Positions 48,407 to 58,894 of a DNA stretch of 64,000 nucleotides are shown here, in pieces. The position numbers were made by a program, and so were the translations under genes. Within the stretch, counting starts at the first letter, position 1, and each line of letters begins with the position of its first letter. A model generated the notes under the pieces. It saw only the letters and a program-made list of their open reading frames with translations, did not search any database and was not told where the DNA came from. The stretch is from Phycisphaerae bacterium (GTDB lineage Bacteria; Planctomycetota; Phycisphaerae; FEN-1346; JAACEH01). The DNA lies in assembly GCA_012729015.1 (NCBI GenBank), contig JAAYDY010000042.1, positions 77,608 to 141,607 of the forward strand, read 5' to 3'.

Positions 48407-49389
48407 TCGAAGTACTCCTTGATGACTTCCGCCAGATCGTCGCGCGATGCGACCTTGCCCATCGCCATGCGCGACTCGCGCGCACGGTCGATGCCTTTGC
48501 TGTAGAACATCCCGAAACGTCGCATGATGCGGATCGCGCTGTAATCGCCCAACTCGTCGCGGAGCATCTCGTAGTGTTGCCACATGCACTCGACTCGCTC
48601 GGCTGGCGACACCGGTTCGACGGGCAGGCCGGCATCCAGGGCCATGGCCTCGCGGAAGATCCACGGATGCCCCACCGCTCCGCGAGCCACGGCCACCCCC
48701 ACGATCCCGCCGCCGCGCAGGCGATCGAGAATGGACGGCGCGTCGAGAAGGTCGCCGCTGCCGAAGACGGGCATCCTCAGCCGTCCGGCCATCTCGACCG
48801 CAAACGACCAGTCGGCCTGGCCGTGATACAACTGATCGACCGTGCGGCCATGGATCGTGGCGGCATCCACGCCCAGCTCGTCCGCCCCCGCCAGCAGCCG
48901 CTCCACCTGCTCGCGGCCGGCCGCGGACGCGTCGTACCCGCGCCGAACCTTCACCGTCAGCGGCAGCCTGGTGGCACGACGCATGCCAGCGAGAATCTCC
49001 AGGCCAAGGTCGGGCGTCCGGAGCATCGCCCCGCCGTTGCCCTTGGCAATCATCTTCCGCACCGGGCAGGCCATGTTCACGTCGATCAGGTCGAAGCAGC
49101 CCATTTGTTCGATGCGGGCCGCCGCGTCGGCCATCATCAACGGGTCGGCCCCGAACACCTGGACGCCAAGGGGATGATCGTCCTGGGCGATTCGGATCAT
49201 CCGGCGCGTCTTCCTGCTGGGACGCAGGATCTCATAGGCGCTGATCATCTCCGTCACGGCCATCGCGGCGCCCTGCTGCCGCGCGAGCATCCGCAGGCCG
49301 CGCTGCGTGTAGCCGGCCATCGGAGCCATGACGAGATTGTTCTTCAGGGCCAGTGTTCCGATGCTCACCGGCCGTATCAGGCGATTCAT
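48403..49389 (-). CDS. dusB: tRNA-dihydrouridine synthase
   Basis: LVMAPMAGYTQRGLR ... DLIDVNMACP ... a Dus TIM barrel. The stop overlaps the downstream carboxypeptidase start (ATGA). Confidence 0.85.
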   Translation of the reverse strand: MNRLIRPVSIGTLALKNNLVMAPMAGYTQRGLRMLARQQGAAMAVTEMISAYEILRPSRKTRRMIRIAQDDHPLGVQVFGADPLMMADAAARIEQMGCFDLIDVNMACPVRKMIAKGNGGAMLRTPDLGLEILAGMRRATRLPLTVKVRRGYDASAAGREQVERLLAGADELGVDAATIHGRTVDQLYHGQADWSFAVEMAGRLRMPVFGSGDLLDAPSILDRLRGGGIVGVAVARGAVGHPWIFREAMALDAGLPVEPVSPAERVECMWQHYEMLRDELGDYSAIRIMRRFGMFYSKGIDRARESRMAMGKVASRDDLAEVIKEYFE

Positions 49390-49520
49390 AGGGCAAGGTT
49401 TTGCCCGAGCGACGGTCCTTTGTCAAGCACCGAACATCAAATCTCACACGAGCAGGCGCCCGCATGACGCCACGGACCAGCCGCCGCCAGCCAACACTCG
49501 ACCGCAAAGGCAAGGCGGGC

Positions 49521-49616
49521 GCATGAACGTCTCGGGGAAAGCAGGGGCAGGATGCCCCTGCCACTCACGGGCAAGATGCCCGTGCCACGGGACAGCCCCA
49601 GAACGTTAATGCACCC
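49521..49616. repeat. MITE/REP-like intergenic element, copy 4 (orientation B)
   Basis: gcatgaacgtctcggggaaagcaggggcaggatgcccctgccactcacgggcaagatgcccgtgccacggg...gaacgttaatgcaccc. Confidence 0.8.
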
Positions 49617-49748
49617 AGGCAAGGCAAAGGCTTTGACACGCGGGGGCCGACGGCGTTACAATTCCGGCTCAATGGGTCGGTCGCCTCGCCTCGAAAAACT
49701 GAGGGCACCGCCTTCTCGCAACACACTCGTCACCAAGGAGCACAGACG

Positions 49749-50723
49749 ATGTCCAAACGAACTGCTGTGCTGACGGCCGTCGCAGTTCTGGCGACGGCGC
49801 TCGCAACCGGCTGTCACGAACAGGAAGCGCTGAAGCATGCCGGGCTCGGATACATGCTGATGGACGAGCAGAAGACGCAGGAGGCGTTGCGCGAGTTCGA
49901 GGACGCCGTCCGCATGGACGACTCGCTGGCCATCGCCTACGGCGAAATCGGCAACATCTACCGCGAACAGGGAAAGTCCGATCCACAGAAACTGACCCTG
50001 GCCATCGGACCGTACAGGCGTGCCATCGAGCTGCTGCCCTACGAATTTGAGTATCGCTACAACCTCGGCACGGTGTACCAGTCGCTGGATCGCAACAGCG
50101 AGGCGGCCGAGACCTACGAGGGGGCCGCCGAGTTGCGGCCGCGCAGCGTCCCCACGCGGATCAACATGAGCGTCTGTTATTATCATCTGAAGGATTACGA
50201 GAAGGCGCTCAGTCACTGCGAGAAAGCCGTCGAGCTGGACCCCAATCAGCCGTTCGCCTGGAGCAACCTCGGGGCGATCTACGACGTCATGGGGCGGTCC
50301 TACGACGCCATCCGGGCCTACAAGAAGGCCCTGGAGCTGGACCCGTCGCAGCAGGACGTGCACATCAACCTCGGCACGCTCTACTGGAAGCAGAACCGCA
50401 TGAACGACTCGATCGAGGCGCTGAAGCGCGCCGTCGAGTTGAACCCCAACAGCGCCCTGGCCCACAAACGGCTGGCCTTCGCCTACAGCAGCAACGGCCG
50501 CCACACCGTGGCCATCGAGGAGTTGCAGCGCTGCCTCGAACTGGCGCCGCAGGACTGGCAGGCCATGAACGCGCTGGCGGCCATCTACATGATCTTCTTC
50601 CTGAAGGACTCCAACCAGCACGAGCTGCGGCAGAATGCCGTGGACATGTGGCACCGCAGCCTCGAAGTGAATTCCGACCAGCCGGCCATCAAGCAGAAGA
50701 TCAAGGAATGGGGCATGATGTGA
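49749..50723 (+). CDS. TPR-repeat lipoprotein
   Basis: Lipobox LATGC, followed by at least six TPR units (AIAYGEIGNIY..., FAWSNLGAIY..., VHINLGTLYW...). Confidence 0.7.
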   Translation: MSKRTAVLTAVAVLATALATGCHEQEALKHAGLGYMLMDEQKTQEALREFEDAVRMDDSLAIAYGEIGNIYREQGKSDPQKLTLAIGPYRRAIELLPYEFEYRYNLGTVYQSLDRNSEAAETYEGAAELRPRSVPTRINMSVCYYHLKDYEKALSHCEKAVELDPNQPFAWSNLGAIYDVMGRSYDAIRAYKKALELDPSQQDVHINLGTLYWKQNRMNDSIEALKRAVELNPNSALAHKRLAFAYSSNGRHTVAIEELQRCLELAPQDWQAMNALAAIYMIFFLKDSNQHELRQNAVDMWHRSLEVNSDQPAIKQKIKEWGMM

Positions 50724-50842
50724 TGCCGCGAAGCGTTCGCGGGCTGAATCAGCAGGATACGCGTTAGCCCCCGGCCCGGTCGGCCCTTCGTCAGGTCCGC
50801 ACGTTCGCCTCGGGGACAACCCACCCACAACGGAGGAGTGTC

Positions 50843-51865
50843 ATGACGATCAATTTCGGAATTGTCGGTTTCGGGCGCATGGCTGGACTGGCTCACAAGC
50901 CGAACATCGACGCCACGGCCGGCGCGAAACTGCTGGCCGTGTGCGACATCACGCCAGCTCGCCGCGATGCCGCCAGGGAAGCCGGGATTCCGCGCGTTTA
51001 CGCCTCCCTGGCCGAACTGCTCGCCGACAAGGACATCGACGCCGTCAGCGTGGCCACGCCGTCGCACAACCACTGCAAGATCGCGCTCGAAATCGCCAGG
51101 GCCGGCAAGCACGTCCTGTCCGAGAAGCCCGTCGCGCGCAGCGCCGACGAGTTGAAGAAGACCATCGCCGCGATCCGCAAGACCCGCAAGCTGTTCACGG
51201 TCTACCACAACCGCCGCTTCGATGCCGACTTTCTGGCCGCGAAGAAGATCGTCCATCAGAAGCTCGTCGGCGACGTCGTTCTGTTCGAGGGACGTTGGCA
51301 CCTGTACGGCTCGGCTGCCGGATTCGGCGTGAAGGAGTACAACCAGAAGTGGCGCGAGACGAAGCGCTTCGGCGGCGGCATCCTGCTGGACCTCGGCGTC
51401 CACATGCTCGACCAGCTCAACCAGCTCGCCATCGGCAAGCCCACCGATGTCTTCGCCACGACGTTCGGCGGCGTCTGGGCCAAGGACTGCGACGACCTGG
51501 CCACGGGCATGATCAAGTTCGACGACGGCATGACGGCCCTGATCGAAACCAGCGGCCTGACCAAGGCGAAGCTGCCGCGCTACCGCATCACCGGCACCAA
51601 GGGCATGGCGGTGTTCAATGCCGAGAAGAAGTGCTTCGACCTCTACCTGGGCAACACCGACACCCCGACCAAGACCGTCCCGGCCGACAAGCCGAACATG
51701 GGCATCAACGTGTACAAGGGCTTCGTGGCGGCCATCAGGGGCGACCGCAGCAAGCTGGCGGTGACTCCCGAAAGCGTCGTGACGACCATGCAGTTGATCG
51801 ACGCCTACGTCAAGAGCAACCGCACCGGCAAGAGCGTGGCCATCACCGGCCCGCGCGTGAAGTAG
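50843..51865 (+). CDS. Gfo/Idh/MocA-family oxidoreductase
   Basis: MTINFGIVGFGRMAG (Rossmann fold) ... EKP. Confidence 0.85.
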   Translation: MTINFGIVGFGRMAGLAHKPNIDATAGAKLLAVCDITPARRDAAREAGIPRVYASLAELLADKDIDAVSVATPSHNHCKIALEIARAGKHVLSEKPVARSADELKKTIAAIRKTRKLFTVYHNRRFDADFLAAKKIVHQKLVGDVVLFEGRWHLYGSAAGFGVKEYNQKWRETKRFGGGILLDLGVHMLDQLNQLAIGKPTDVFATTFGGVWAKDCDDLATGMIKFDDGMTALIETSGLTKAKLPRYRITGTKGMAVFNAEKKCFDLYLGNTDTPTKTVPADKPNMGINVYKGFVAAIRGDRSKLAVTPESVVTTMQLIDAYVKSNRTGKSVAITGPRVK

Positions 51866-51872
51866 GCCGACG

Positions 51873-53354
51873 ATGGGAAACTCACCGATGAACGGCAAGG
51901 CAAGGCCTGTTCGCGTTCGCATTGCGCCAAGCCCGACGGGCGATCCGCACGTCGGGACGGCGTACATCGCACTGTTCAACCTGTGCTTCGCCCGGCACTG
52001 CGGCGGCCGATTTGTCCTGCGCATCGAGGACACCGACCAGGCCCGCAGCACGCGCGAAAGCGAACAGGCCATCTTCGACGCCCTGCACTGGCTCGGCCTC
52101 GACTATGACGAAGGGCCGGACGTGGGCGGCGATTGCGGCCCTTACCGCCAGAGCGAACGGCTGGACATCTATCGCCGCGAGGTCCAGAAACTCCTGGACT
52201 CCGGCCACGCCTACTACTGCTTCTGCACGGCCGAGCGACTGGCCGAAGTCCGCGCCGCCCAGCAGCAACGCAAGGACCGCATCGGCTACGACGGCCATTG
52301 CCGCACGCTCGACCGCGATGAGGCGGCCCGTCGGGCCGCCGCCGGTGAGCCGCACGTGATCCGCCTGGCGGTGCCGACTGAGGGCGAGACGACGTTTCAC
52401 GACCAGCTGCGCGGGCCGATCACGTTCCAGAATTCCACGATCGACGACCAGGTGCTCCTGAAGAGCGACGGGTTTCCCACCTACCACCTGGCCAACGTCG
52501 TGGACGATCACCTCATGGGAATCACTCATGTCTGCCGGGCCGAGGAATGGATCACCTCGACGCCCAAGCACGTCCTGCTCTACGGCGCGTTCGGCTGGGA
52601 GTTTCCCGAGTTTGTCCACATGCCCCTGCTGAGGAACCAGGACCGCAGCAAGATCTCCAAGCGCAAGAACCCCACGAGCCTCGACTGGTACCGCGAGCAG
52701 GGCTTCCTGCCCGAGGCGCTGCTGAACTTCCTGGGCCTGATGGGCTACTCGATGCCCGACGGCCGCGAGGTGTTCTCGCTCCAGGAGATGATCGACTCGT
52801 TCTCCTGGGACCGCGTGAAAACCGGCGGCCCGGTGTTCGACCTGGAGAAGCTCGACTGGCTCAACGGCGAGTACATCCGGGCGATGCCGGCCGAGGCCTT
52901 TGCAGCGAGGATGGCCGCGGACCGCCTGGTTCCGGAGGGCACACCCGACACGACCCTGCTGGCCATGGCCCCGATGGTGCAGCAGCGCGTCAAACGTCTC
53001 TGCGAAGTGCCCGACGCCACGGCGTACTTCTGGCGCGAACTGGACTATCCTGCCACGGACCTGCTGCCGTCGAAGAAGGGCCAGCCGGTTCACGATGCCG
53101 TCGAAACGCGGGCCGTGCTGGAACAGGTCCGTAGCGTCTTCGAGCAATTGCCGCAGTGGACGACCGAGGCTATGGAGTCGGCCATGCGGGCTCTGTGTGA
53201 CGAGTCCGAATGGAAACCCCGCGACCTGTTCATGACGCTGCGCATCGCCGCCACGGGCCGGGCGGTCTCCACGCCGCTCTTCGAAACGATGGAAGTGCTC
53301 GGCCGCGAGGAATCTCTGAAGCGGCTCTCCACGGCGATCGGCAGGCTGAGTTGA
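51873..53354 (+). CDS. gltX: Glutamate--tRNA ligase
   Basis: RVRIAPSPTGDPHVGT (HIGH motif) ... KISKRK (KMSKS). The start may be the internal ATG at 51888. Confidence 0.9.
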   Translation: MGNSPMNGKARPVRVRIAPSPTGDPHVGTAYIALFNLCFARHCGGRFVLRIEDTDQARSTRESEQAIFDALHWLGLDYDEGPDVGGDCGPYRQSERLDIYRREVQKLLDSGHAYYCFCTAERLAEVRAAQQQRKDRIGYDGHCRTLDRDEAARRAAAGEPHVIRLAVPTEGETTFHDQLRGPITFQNSTIDDQVLLKSDGFPTYHLANVVDDHLMGITHVCRAEEWITSTPKHVLLYGAFGWEFPEFVHMPLLRNQDRSKISKRKNPTSLDWYREQGFLPEALLNFLGLMGYSMPDGREVFSLQEMIDSFSWDRVKTGGPVFDLEKLDWLNGEYIRAMPAEAFAARMAADRLVPEGTPDTTLLAMAPMVQQRVKRLCEVPDATAYFWRELDYPATDLLPSKKGQPVHDAVETRAVLEQVRSVFEQLPQWTTEAMESAMRALCDESEWKPRDLFMTLRIAATGRAVSTPLFETMEVLGREESLKRLSTAIGRLS

Positions 53355-53485
53355 AGCCTCGCTGAAGCCCGCGCGGGAGTATCCCCCCGCACGTCCCCCG
53401 CGAGGGCGGCGACGCCTGAGGCATTGCCCCACATCAGCCAACGAACAAGGGCCACAACGCCGTGCGTTGTGGCCCTATCGCATAC

Positions 53486-53561
<76 letters not shown>

Positions 53562-53575
53562 AACGGTGGAATGTC

Positions 53576-53652
53576 TGGTACGCCCGGCAGGACTCGAACC
53601 TGCAACCTTTGGGTTCGAAGCCCAACGCTCTATCCAATTGAGCTACGAGCGC
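53576..53652 (-). tRNA. tRNA-Arg (anticodon TCG)
   Basis: Hand-folded: GCGCTCG/TA/GCTC-AATTGGATA-GAGC/G/TTGGG-CTTCGAA-CCCAA/AGGTT/GCAGG-TTCGAGT-CCTGC/CGGGCGT-A-CCA. Confidence 0.7.
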
Positions 53653-53677
53653 CCCGTTTTTTCAGTCAACGCGGGGT

Positions 53678-53705
53678 ATTATAGGCCCTCGCGATCCAAT
53701 GTCAA
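53678..53705 (-). promoter_or_regulatory. Sigma-70 promoter for the tRNA genes (TTGACA-N16-TATAAT on the minus strand)
   Basis: The -10 box sits about 30 nt upstream of the tRNA-Arg 5' end. Confidence 0.4.
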
Positions 53706-53763
53706 CAAAAAGCGCATCCCAGTTCTCCAGCTTCCACGCGTTCCGGCGCGTGGGGCTTTGCGC

Positions 53764-53792
53764 TTGCATTAAGGTGGCCGTGCGACTATACT
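53764..53792 (+). promoter_or_regulatory. Sigma-70 promoter for rpsO (TTGCAT-N17-TATACT)
   Basis: About 125 nt upstream of the rpsO ATG. An AAGGAGAG RBS follows. Confidence 0.45.
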
Positions 53793-53917
53793 TTCGCCCA
53801 AGGTTTAGCCGCGACTGACCGATCTGTGTCGGTGGGGGAAGCGTTCCCTGCCGCAAATCAGGAACAGGAGAGCGGCCTCCTGCTCCCATGTGTAGCAGAC
53901 ATTAAGGAGAGGCAGTC

Positions 53918-54181
53918 ATGTCGGACGCAGCAAAGACGGGTCTGATCAAGGACTATGCGATTCACGAGGGCGACACGGGCAGCCCCGAGGTGCAGATTGC
54001 CCTGCTGACCCAGCGCATCGGGCACCTGACGGAGCACCTGAAGGACAACAAGAAAGACTTCTCGTCGCGTCGCGGTTTGCTTCGGATGGTGGGTCGTCGC
54101 AGCAGCCTTCTGAAGTACTTGCAGCAGAACGATTTCGAGCGTTACCAGGCCATCGTCAAGCGCCTGGGGCTGCGCAAGTAG
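53918..54181 (+). CDS. rpsO: 30S ribosomal protein S15
   Basis: 87 aa. ...[51 protein letters not shown]... Confidence 0.9.
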   Translation: MSDAAKTGLIKDYAIHEGDTGSPEVQIALLTQRIGHLTEHLKDNKKDFSSRRGLLRMVGRRSSLLKYLQQNDFERYQAIVKRLGLRK

Positions 54182-54195
54182 CCAACGAAACGACC

Positions 54196-54234
54196 ACGGG
54201 GGCACCGGCGTCGCATGGCCGTGCCCCTTTTTTG
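54196..54234 (+). terminator. rpsO terminator/attenuator hairpin with T-tract
   Basis: cgggggcaccgg-(loop)-ccgtgcccc followed by TTTTTTGTG, between rpsO and pnp. Confidence 0.6.
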
Positions 54235-54398
54235 TGCAGGCGATGATGTCGGGGGATGTCCGACGTGCCTGCCGCGGCAGATGGGTTGTCGGGTCGGGAC
54301 AGAGACGGATAGAGCCAGGCGAAAACAGAACGAGACTGGATCCTGAACGGACGCATGTGTGTTTGAATCGGGTCGGGTCGGAATAGTAGGAGAGGACA

Positions 54399-56522
54399 AT
54401 GGAAGGCAGTGCAATGTCGGGCAAGGAGCACGTGGTTGTACGGGAAATTGGCGGTCGGAAGCTGATTCTGAAGACGGGCAAGCTGGCCAAACAGGCTTCC
54501 GGGGCGGTGTGGGTGCAGTACGGCGACACGGTGGTGCTGGTGGCCACGACGATTGCCGAGCTGAAGCGCGAGATCGATTTCTTCCCCCTGTTCATGGACT
54601 ATCGCGAGAAGCAATACGCGGCCGGCAAGGTGCCGCGCGGCTTCTTCAAGCGCGAAGGGCGTCCGACGGACAAGGAGATTCTGACGATGCGGCTGATGGA
54701 CCGTCCGGTCCGGCCGCTGTTCCCCGAGGGATACAAGGACGAGGTGCAGATTCAGGCCATCGTCCTGAGTTTCGACCAGCAGAACGAGTCGGACGTACTG
54801 GCGATGATCGGCGCCAGCGCGTCGCTGTGCGTCTCCCCTGCCCCGTTCAACGGGCCGGTGGGGTCGGTTCGCATCGGGCGGCTCAACGGTGAGTTGATCG
54901 CGTTCCCGACGATCGAGCAGACCGGGCAGTGCGACCTCGAAATCATCATGTCGGGTACCGACACGGTGGTCAACATGCTGGAGGTCGGCGCGGGCGAGGT
55001 GAGCGACGACGACCTGATGGCGGCGTTCGAGTTCGGGCACAAGGTGATCCGCGAGATCGTCCAGATGCAGCGTGAGCTGGCGACGATGGCGGGGGTCGAG
55101 AAGTCGTGGACGCCGCCGGAGCCGGACACGGCCCTTGCGGCCGAGGTGGCCAAGTACGAGGGCCAGTTGCTGGCCTGCCTGGACGTCAGCGGCAAGGCGG
55201 CGCAAATGCAGGCGCTGGACGAGGTCAGGACAACGATTCTGGACACGTTGAGCCCGGAGGACGTCGAGGAGCCGCGATTTGCGCGCGAGGCGGTGTCGGC
55301 GGCCGTCAGCGAACTGAAGAAGAAGATCATCCGCGAGCGGATCCTGGGCGGCGTGCGTCCGGACGGTCGCAAGCCGGCGCAGTTGCGGCCGGTGACGGGC
55401 GAAGTGGGCGTGCTGCCTCGGACGCACGGGTCGGCGCTGTTCACACGCGGCGAGACGCAGGCTCTGGTGGCGACGACGCTGGGCACCAGCGAAGACCAGC
55501 AGGTGATCGACGGCCTGGCGCCGGAGTACAAGAAACGGTTCATGCTTCAGTACAACTTCCCGCCGTTCTCGGTGGGCGAGGTGCGTCCGATCCGCGGCCC
55601 GAGCCGTCGCGACATCGGTCACGGCAACCTGGCGGAACGGTGTCTTGTTCCGGTGATGCCGGCGGCGGACCAGTTCGCGTACACGGTGCTGGCGGTGAGC
55701 GAGATTCTGGAGTCGAACGGTTCGAGCAGCATGGCGACCGTGTGCGGCGCGACGCTGGCGTTGATGGACGCGGGGGTGCCGATCAAGGATCCGGTGGCGG
55801 GCATCTCGATCGGCCTGGTGAAAGAGGGCGACCGCGAGATGCTGCTGACGGATATCCAGGGCGCCGAAGACCACTACGGCGACATGGACTTCAAGGTGGC
55901 CGGCACGCAGAAGGGAATCACGGGCGTTCAGTTGGACGTGAAGATCGACGGGCTGTCGCTGGGCACGTTGCGCAAGGCACTGATCCAGGCCCGCGAGGCG
56001 AGGATCGAACTGCTGCGTATCATGCTCGAGACGCTGAGCTCGCCTCGTCCGCAGATCAGCGACTACGCGCCGCGTCTGCTGCTGATTCACATCGACCCGG
56101 ACAAGATCGGCAAGGTGATCGGACCGGGCGGCAAGATCATCAAGGCGATCCAGGAAGAGACCGGCGCCCGGATCGAGATCGAAGACGATGGCAGCGTGAT
56201 GATCAGCTGCGTCGAGATGAAGGGCGCCGAGGCTGCCCGCGAGAAGATCGAGCAGATCGCCGAAGAGGTGAAGATCGGCAAGATCTACACGGGCAAGGTC
56301 ATGAGCATCAAGGAGTTCGGCGCGTTCATCGAGGTGACGCCGGGCCAGGACGGCCTCTGCCACGTTTCGGAGCTGGACGAGAAGTACGTGAAGAACATCG
56401 AGGACGTGATCAAGGTGGGCGACACGGTGCGCGTGAAGGTCATTCAGATCGATCCTCAGGGCCGCATCAAGTTGTCGCGTAAGGCCGCGATGAAAGACGA
56501 GAAGGACGAGAGCCAGAAGTAG
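54399..56522 (+). CDS. pnp: Polyribonucleotide nucleotidyltransferase (PNPase)
   Basis: 707 aa. Two RNase PH domains, KH (IGKVIGPGGK) and S1 (GKIYTGKVMSIKEFGAFIEV). AGGAGA RBS. Confidence 0.9.
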   Translation: MEGSAMSGKEHVVVREIGGRKLILKTGKLAKQASGAVWVQYGDTVVLVATTIAELKREIDFFPLFMDYREKQYAAGKVPRGFFKREGRPTDKEILTMRLMDRPVRPLFPEGYKDEVQIQAIVLSFDQQNESDVLAMIGASASLCVSPAPFNGPVGSVRIGRLNGELIAFPTIEQTGQCDLEIIMSGTDTVVNMLEVGAGEVSDDDLMAAFEFGHKVIREIVQMQRELATMAGVEKSWTPPEPDTALAAEVAKYEGQLLACLDVSGKAAQMQALDEVRTTILDTLSPEDVEEPRFAREAVSAAVSELKKKIIRERILGGVRPDGRKPAQLRPVTGEVGVLPRTHGSALFTRGETQALVATTLGTSEDQQVIDGLAPEYKKRFMLQYNFPPFSVGEVRPIRGPSRRDIGHGNLAERCLVPVMPAADQFAYTVLAVSEILESNGSSSMATVCGATLALMDAGVPIKDPVAGISIGLVKEGDREMLLTDIQGAEDHYGDMDFKVAGTQKGITGVQLDVKIDGLSLGTLRKALIQAREARIELLRIMLETLSSPRPQISDYAPRLLLIHIDPDKIGKVIGPGGKIIKAIQEETGARIEIEDDGSVMISCVEMKGAEAAREKIEQIAEEVKIGKIYTGKVMSIKEFGAFIEVTPGQDGLCHVSELDEKYVKNIEDVIKVGDTVRVKVIQIDPQGRIKLSRKAAMKDEKDESQK

Positions 56523-56561
56523 GCTTCTCCGCGTCCGGTTGCACCCTACAGAGTGGGAATC

Positions 56562-56599
56562 CAAGACCCGCACGTCCGCGAGGACCTCTGCGGGTCTTG
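56562..56599 (+). terminator. GC-rich 11-bp-stem hairpin downstream of pnp
   Basis: caagacccgca-N16-tgcgggtcttg. No T-tract follows, so this may be a transcript 3' stabiliser. Confidence 0.3.
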
Positions 56600-56703
56600 A
56601 CCATTCACCCGTAGAACGTGTTGAACGCAGCGGTGCCGCGTGTCCCGACGAGCACGGGCGCGGCGTCCGTGCCGGGGCAAGGCCGCTTTGAGGAGTCCGA
56701 CGC

Positions 56704-57537
56704 GTGTCGGTATCGATCGTGTTGGCAGCGATGGTCGGCTTCGGTGCCGGCGCTGCGCTGGGAGCCATCCTGGCGGCGCGTCGCGTGCGACGGCTTTACG
56801 TCCGAAGCGAGCAACTCGAGAAACAGGTCGCCGAGTCGGAGCGAATGGCCTACGTGGGTCGCCTGACAAGCGGCCTGGCCCACGAACTGAAGAATCCGCT
56901 GTCCACGCTGAACCTGAATCTGCAACTGCTGGCCGAGGATCTGAGCCTCCCGCAGACCGAGGCCGAGCGACGCACGGCGCGGAAGCTGACGATTCTTCAA
57001 TCGGAGACGCGTCGGCTGGAGGAGATTCTGGAGGCGTTTCTGCGGTTCGCCGGCCGGATGGAGCTGCGGCGGAAGCGTCTGGATGTGGGCTCGCTGGTGG
57101 GCGACCTGCTGGCATTCTACGAGCCGCAGGCCGTCCAGCACGGAATCACGTTACGCGAACAGGTGGACGCCGGGCTGCCTTGGGTGGACGCCGACGCGGA
57201 CCTCTTGAAACAGGCCCTCTTGAACATTATCCTGAACGCCCAGGCCGTCATGACCGAGGGCGGCGAACTGATGGTGGCGGTGCGGTCGGCCGACGGGGGC
57301 GTGGCCATAAGCGTGACGGACACGGGACCGGGGATACCGGCGGATCGGCAGGATCGGATTTTCGACGCCTACTATTCGTCGCGGCCGGGGGGCATGGGGC
57401 TGGGCTTGCCGACGGTCAAGCGAATCGTGACCGAGCACGGCGGCAAGGTCACCGTCAACAGCGAACTGGGCCGGGGGACGCAGTTCGTCCTCTGGTTGCC
57501 GGCAGCAGCCGAGGATGCGGGAAAGACCCATGAGTGA
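56704..57537 (+). CDS. Sensor histidine kinase (single TM, NtrB/AtoS-like)
   Basis: GTG start with GAGGAG RBS. HisKA LAHELKNPL. HATPase DTGPGIPAD...GGMGLGL. Confidence 0.8.
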   Translation: MSVSIVLAAMVGFGAGAALGAILAARRVRRLYVRSEQLEKQVAESERMAYVGRLTSGLAHELKNPLSTLNLNLQLLAEDLSLPQTEAERRTARKLTILQSETRRLEEILEAFLRFAGRMELRRKRLDVGSLVGDLLAFYEPQAVQHGITLREQVDAGLPWVDADADLLKQALLNIILNAQAVMTEGGELMVAVRSADGGVAISVTDTGPGIPADRQDRIFDAYYSSRPGGMGLGLPTVKRIVTEHGGKVTVNSELGRGTQFVLWLPAAAEDAGKTHE

Positions 57538-58894
57538 CGAGCAGCAGCGAGCGGCGATTCTGATTGTCGAGGACGACCGCAACCAGGCCGACGCGGTCAG
57601 CGAGGCGCTCCAGCGCGTCGGGCACGAGTGCGTCGTGGTGACGGCGCCGCGTCGTGCCTCGGCGATTCTCGAGTCGCGGTCGTTCGACCTGGTGATCACC
57701 GATCTGATGATGCAGGACCTCGACGGGATGGATATCCTCAGGGCCGTCAAATCGATCAACCCGACGACAGAGGTCATCGTCATCACGGGCCACGCGAGCA
57801 TCGAGACGGCCGTGGGCGCCATCCGCCAGGGGGCATACGACTACATCGAGAAGCCGCTGAACGTGGAGGTGCTTCGAGACCGCGTGTCGAAGGCGCTGGA
57901 GCGTCGGCGTCTGGTGGCTCAGACGAAGGAACTGTCGGCGCAACTGGACGAGCGGTTCGGCTTCGCCGGGGTGGTCGGGAACAATCCACAGATGCGTCGC
58001 GTGGTGGAAATCGCCCGCCAGATCGCGCCGACCAACACCACCGTGCTGATTACCGGCGAGAGCGGCACGGGCAAGGAACTGATCGCCAGGGCGATTCACA
58101 ACAACTCGCCCCGGCGTCATCGGAACTTCGTGGCGCTGAACTGTGCCGCGTTGTCCGAGGGCATCCTGGAGAGCGAGCTGTTCGGCCACGAGAAAGGCGC
58201 GTTCACGGGTGCCGCGGCCCTCCGCCGCGGGCGGTTCGAGTACGCGGACGGCGGGACGCTGTTCCTGGACGAGGTCGGCGACATGCCGATGAGCACGCAG
58301 ATCAAGTTGCTTCGCGTGCTGGAAGACGGCGAGATCATGCGCGTCGGGTCGAACGATCCGATCCGCGTGGATGTGCGGCTGATCAGCGCGACGAATCGGG
58401 ACTTGAACGCGGCGATCGCGGAGAAGGCATTTCGCGAGGACCTGTATTTCCGGCTCAAGGTGGTGACGCTCGCCCTGCCTCCGCTGCGGGAACGCGCCGA
58501 GGACATCGCCCTCCTGGCGGACTACTTCATGAAGGAGTTCTCGCGGCAACACGGCAAGACCATCACGGCCCTGTCGCCGGCGGCGCTTCAGGCGCTTCAG
58601 GCATACACGTGGCCGGGCAACGTCCGTGAGCTGCGCAACGCCGTCGAGACCATGGTGGCGCTGGCCCAGGGCGACACGCTCGACGTGCAGCAATTGCCGC
58701 CGGAGATTCCGGGGGCCGTGCGCCCCGGGCCGTCGGCAGCCAGCCTGGGCACGATGACCCTCGAAGAGGCCGAGCGTCAGCTCATCGCCAACGCCCTGCG
58801 CGCTACCGAAGGCAATCGCCAGGAAGCGGCGCGACGCCTGGGCATCGGCGAACGCACGTTGTACCGGAAGATCAAGGACTACGGGCTTTCGTAG
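57530..58894 (+). CDS. Sigma-54-dependent NtrC-family response regulator
   Basis: Receiver ILIVEDD...DLVITDLMMQDLDG. AAA+ sigma-54 interaction domain GESGTGKELIARAIH ... GAFTGA ... C-terminal HTH. 8-nt overlap with the upstream kinase. Confidence 0.85.
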   Translation: MSDEQQRAAILIVEDDRNQADAVSEALQRVGHECVVVTAPRRASAILESRSFDLVITDLMMQDLDGMDILRAVKSINPTTEVIVITGHASIETAVGAIRQGAYDYIEKPLNVEVLRDRVSKALERRRLVAQTKELSAQLDERFGFAGVVGNNPQMRRVVEIARQIAPTNTTVLITGESGTGKELIARAIHNNSPRRHRNFVALNCAALSEGILESELFGHEKGAFTGAAALRRGRFEYADGGTLFLDEVGDMPMSTQIKLLRVLEDGEIMRVGSNDPIRVDVRLISATNRDLNAAIAEKAFREDLYFRLKVVTLALPPLRERAEDIALLADYFMKEFSRQHGKTITALSPAALQALQAYTWPGNVRELRNAVETMVALAQGDTLDVQQLPPEIPGAVRPGPSAASLGTMTLEEAERQLIANALRATEGNRQEAARRLGIGERTLYRKIKDYGLS

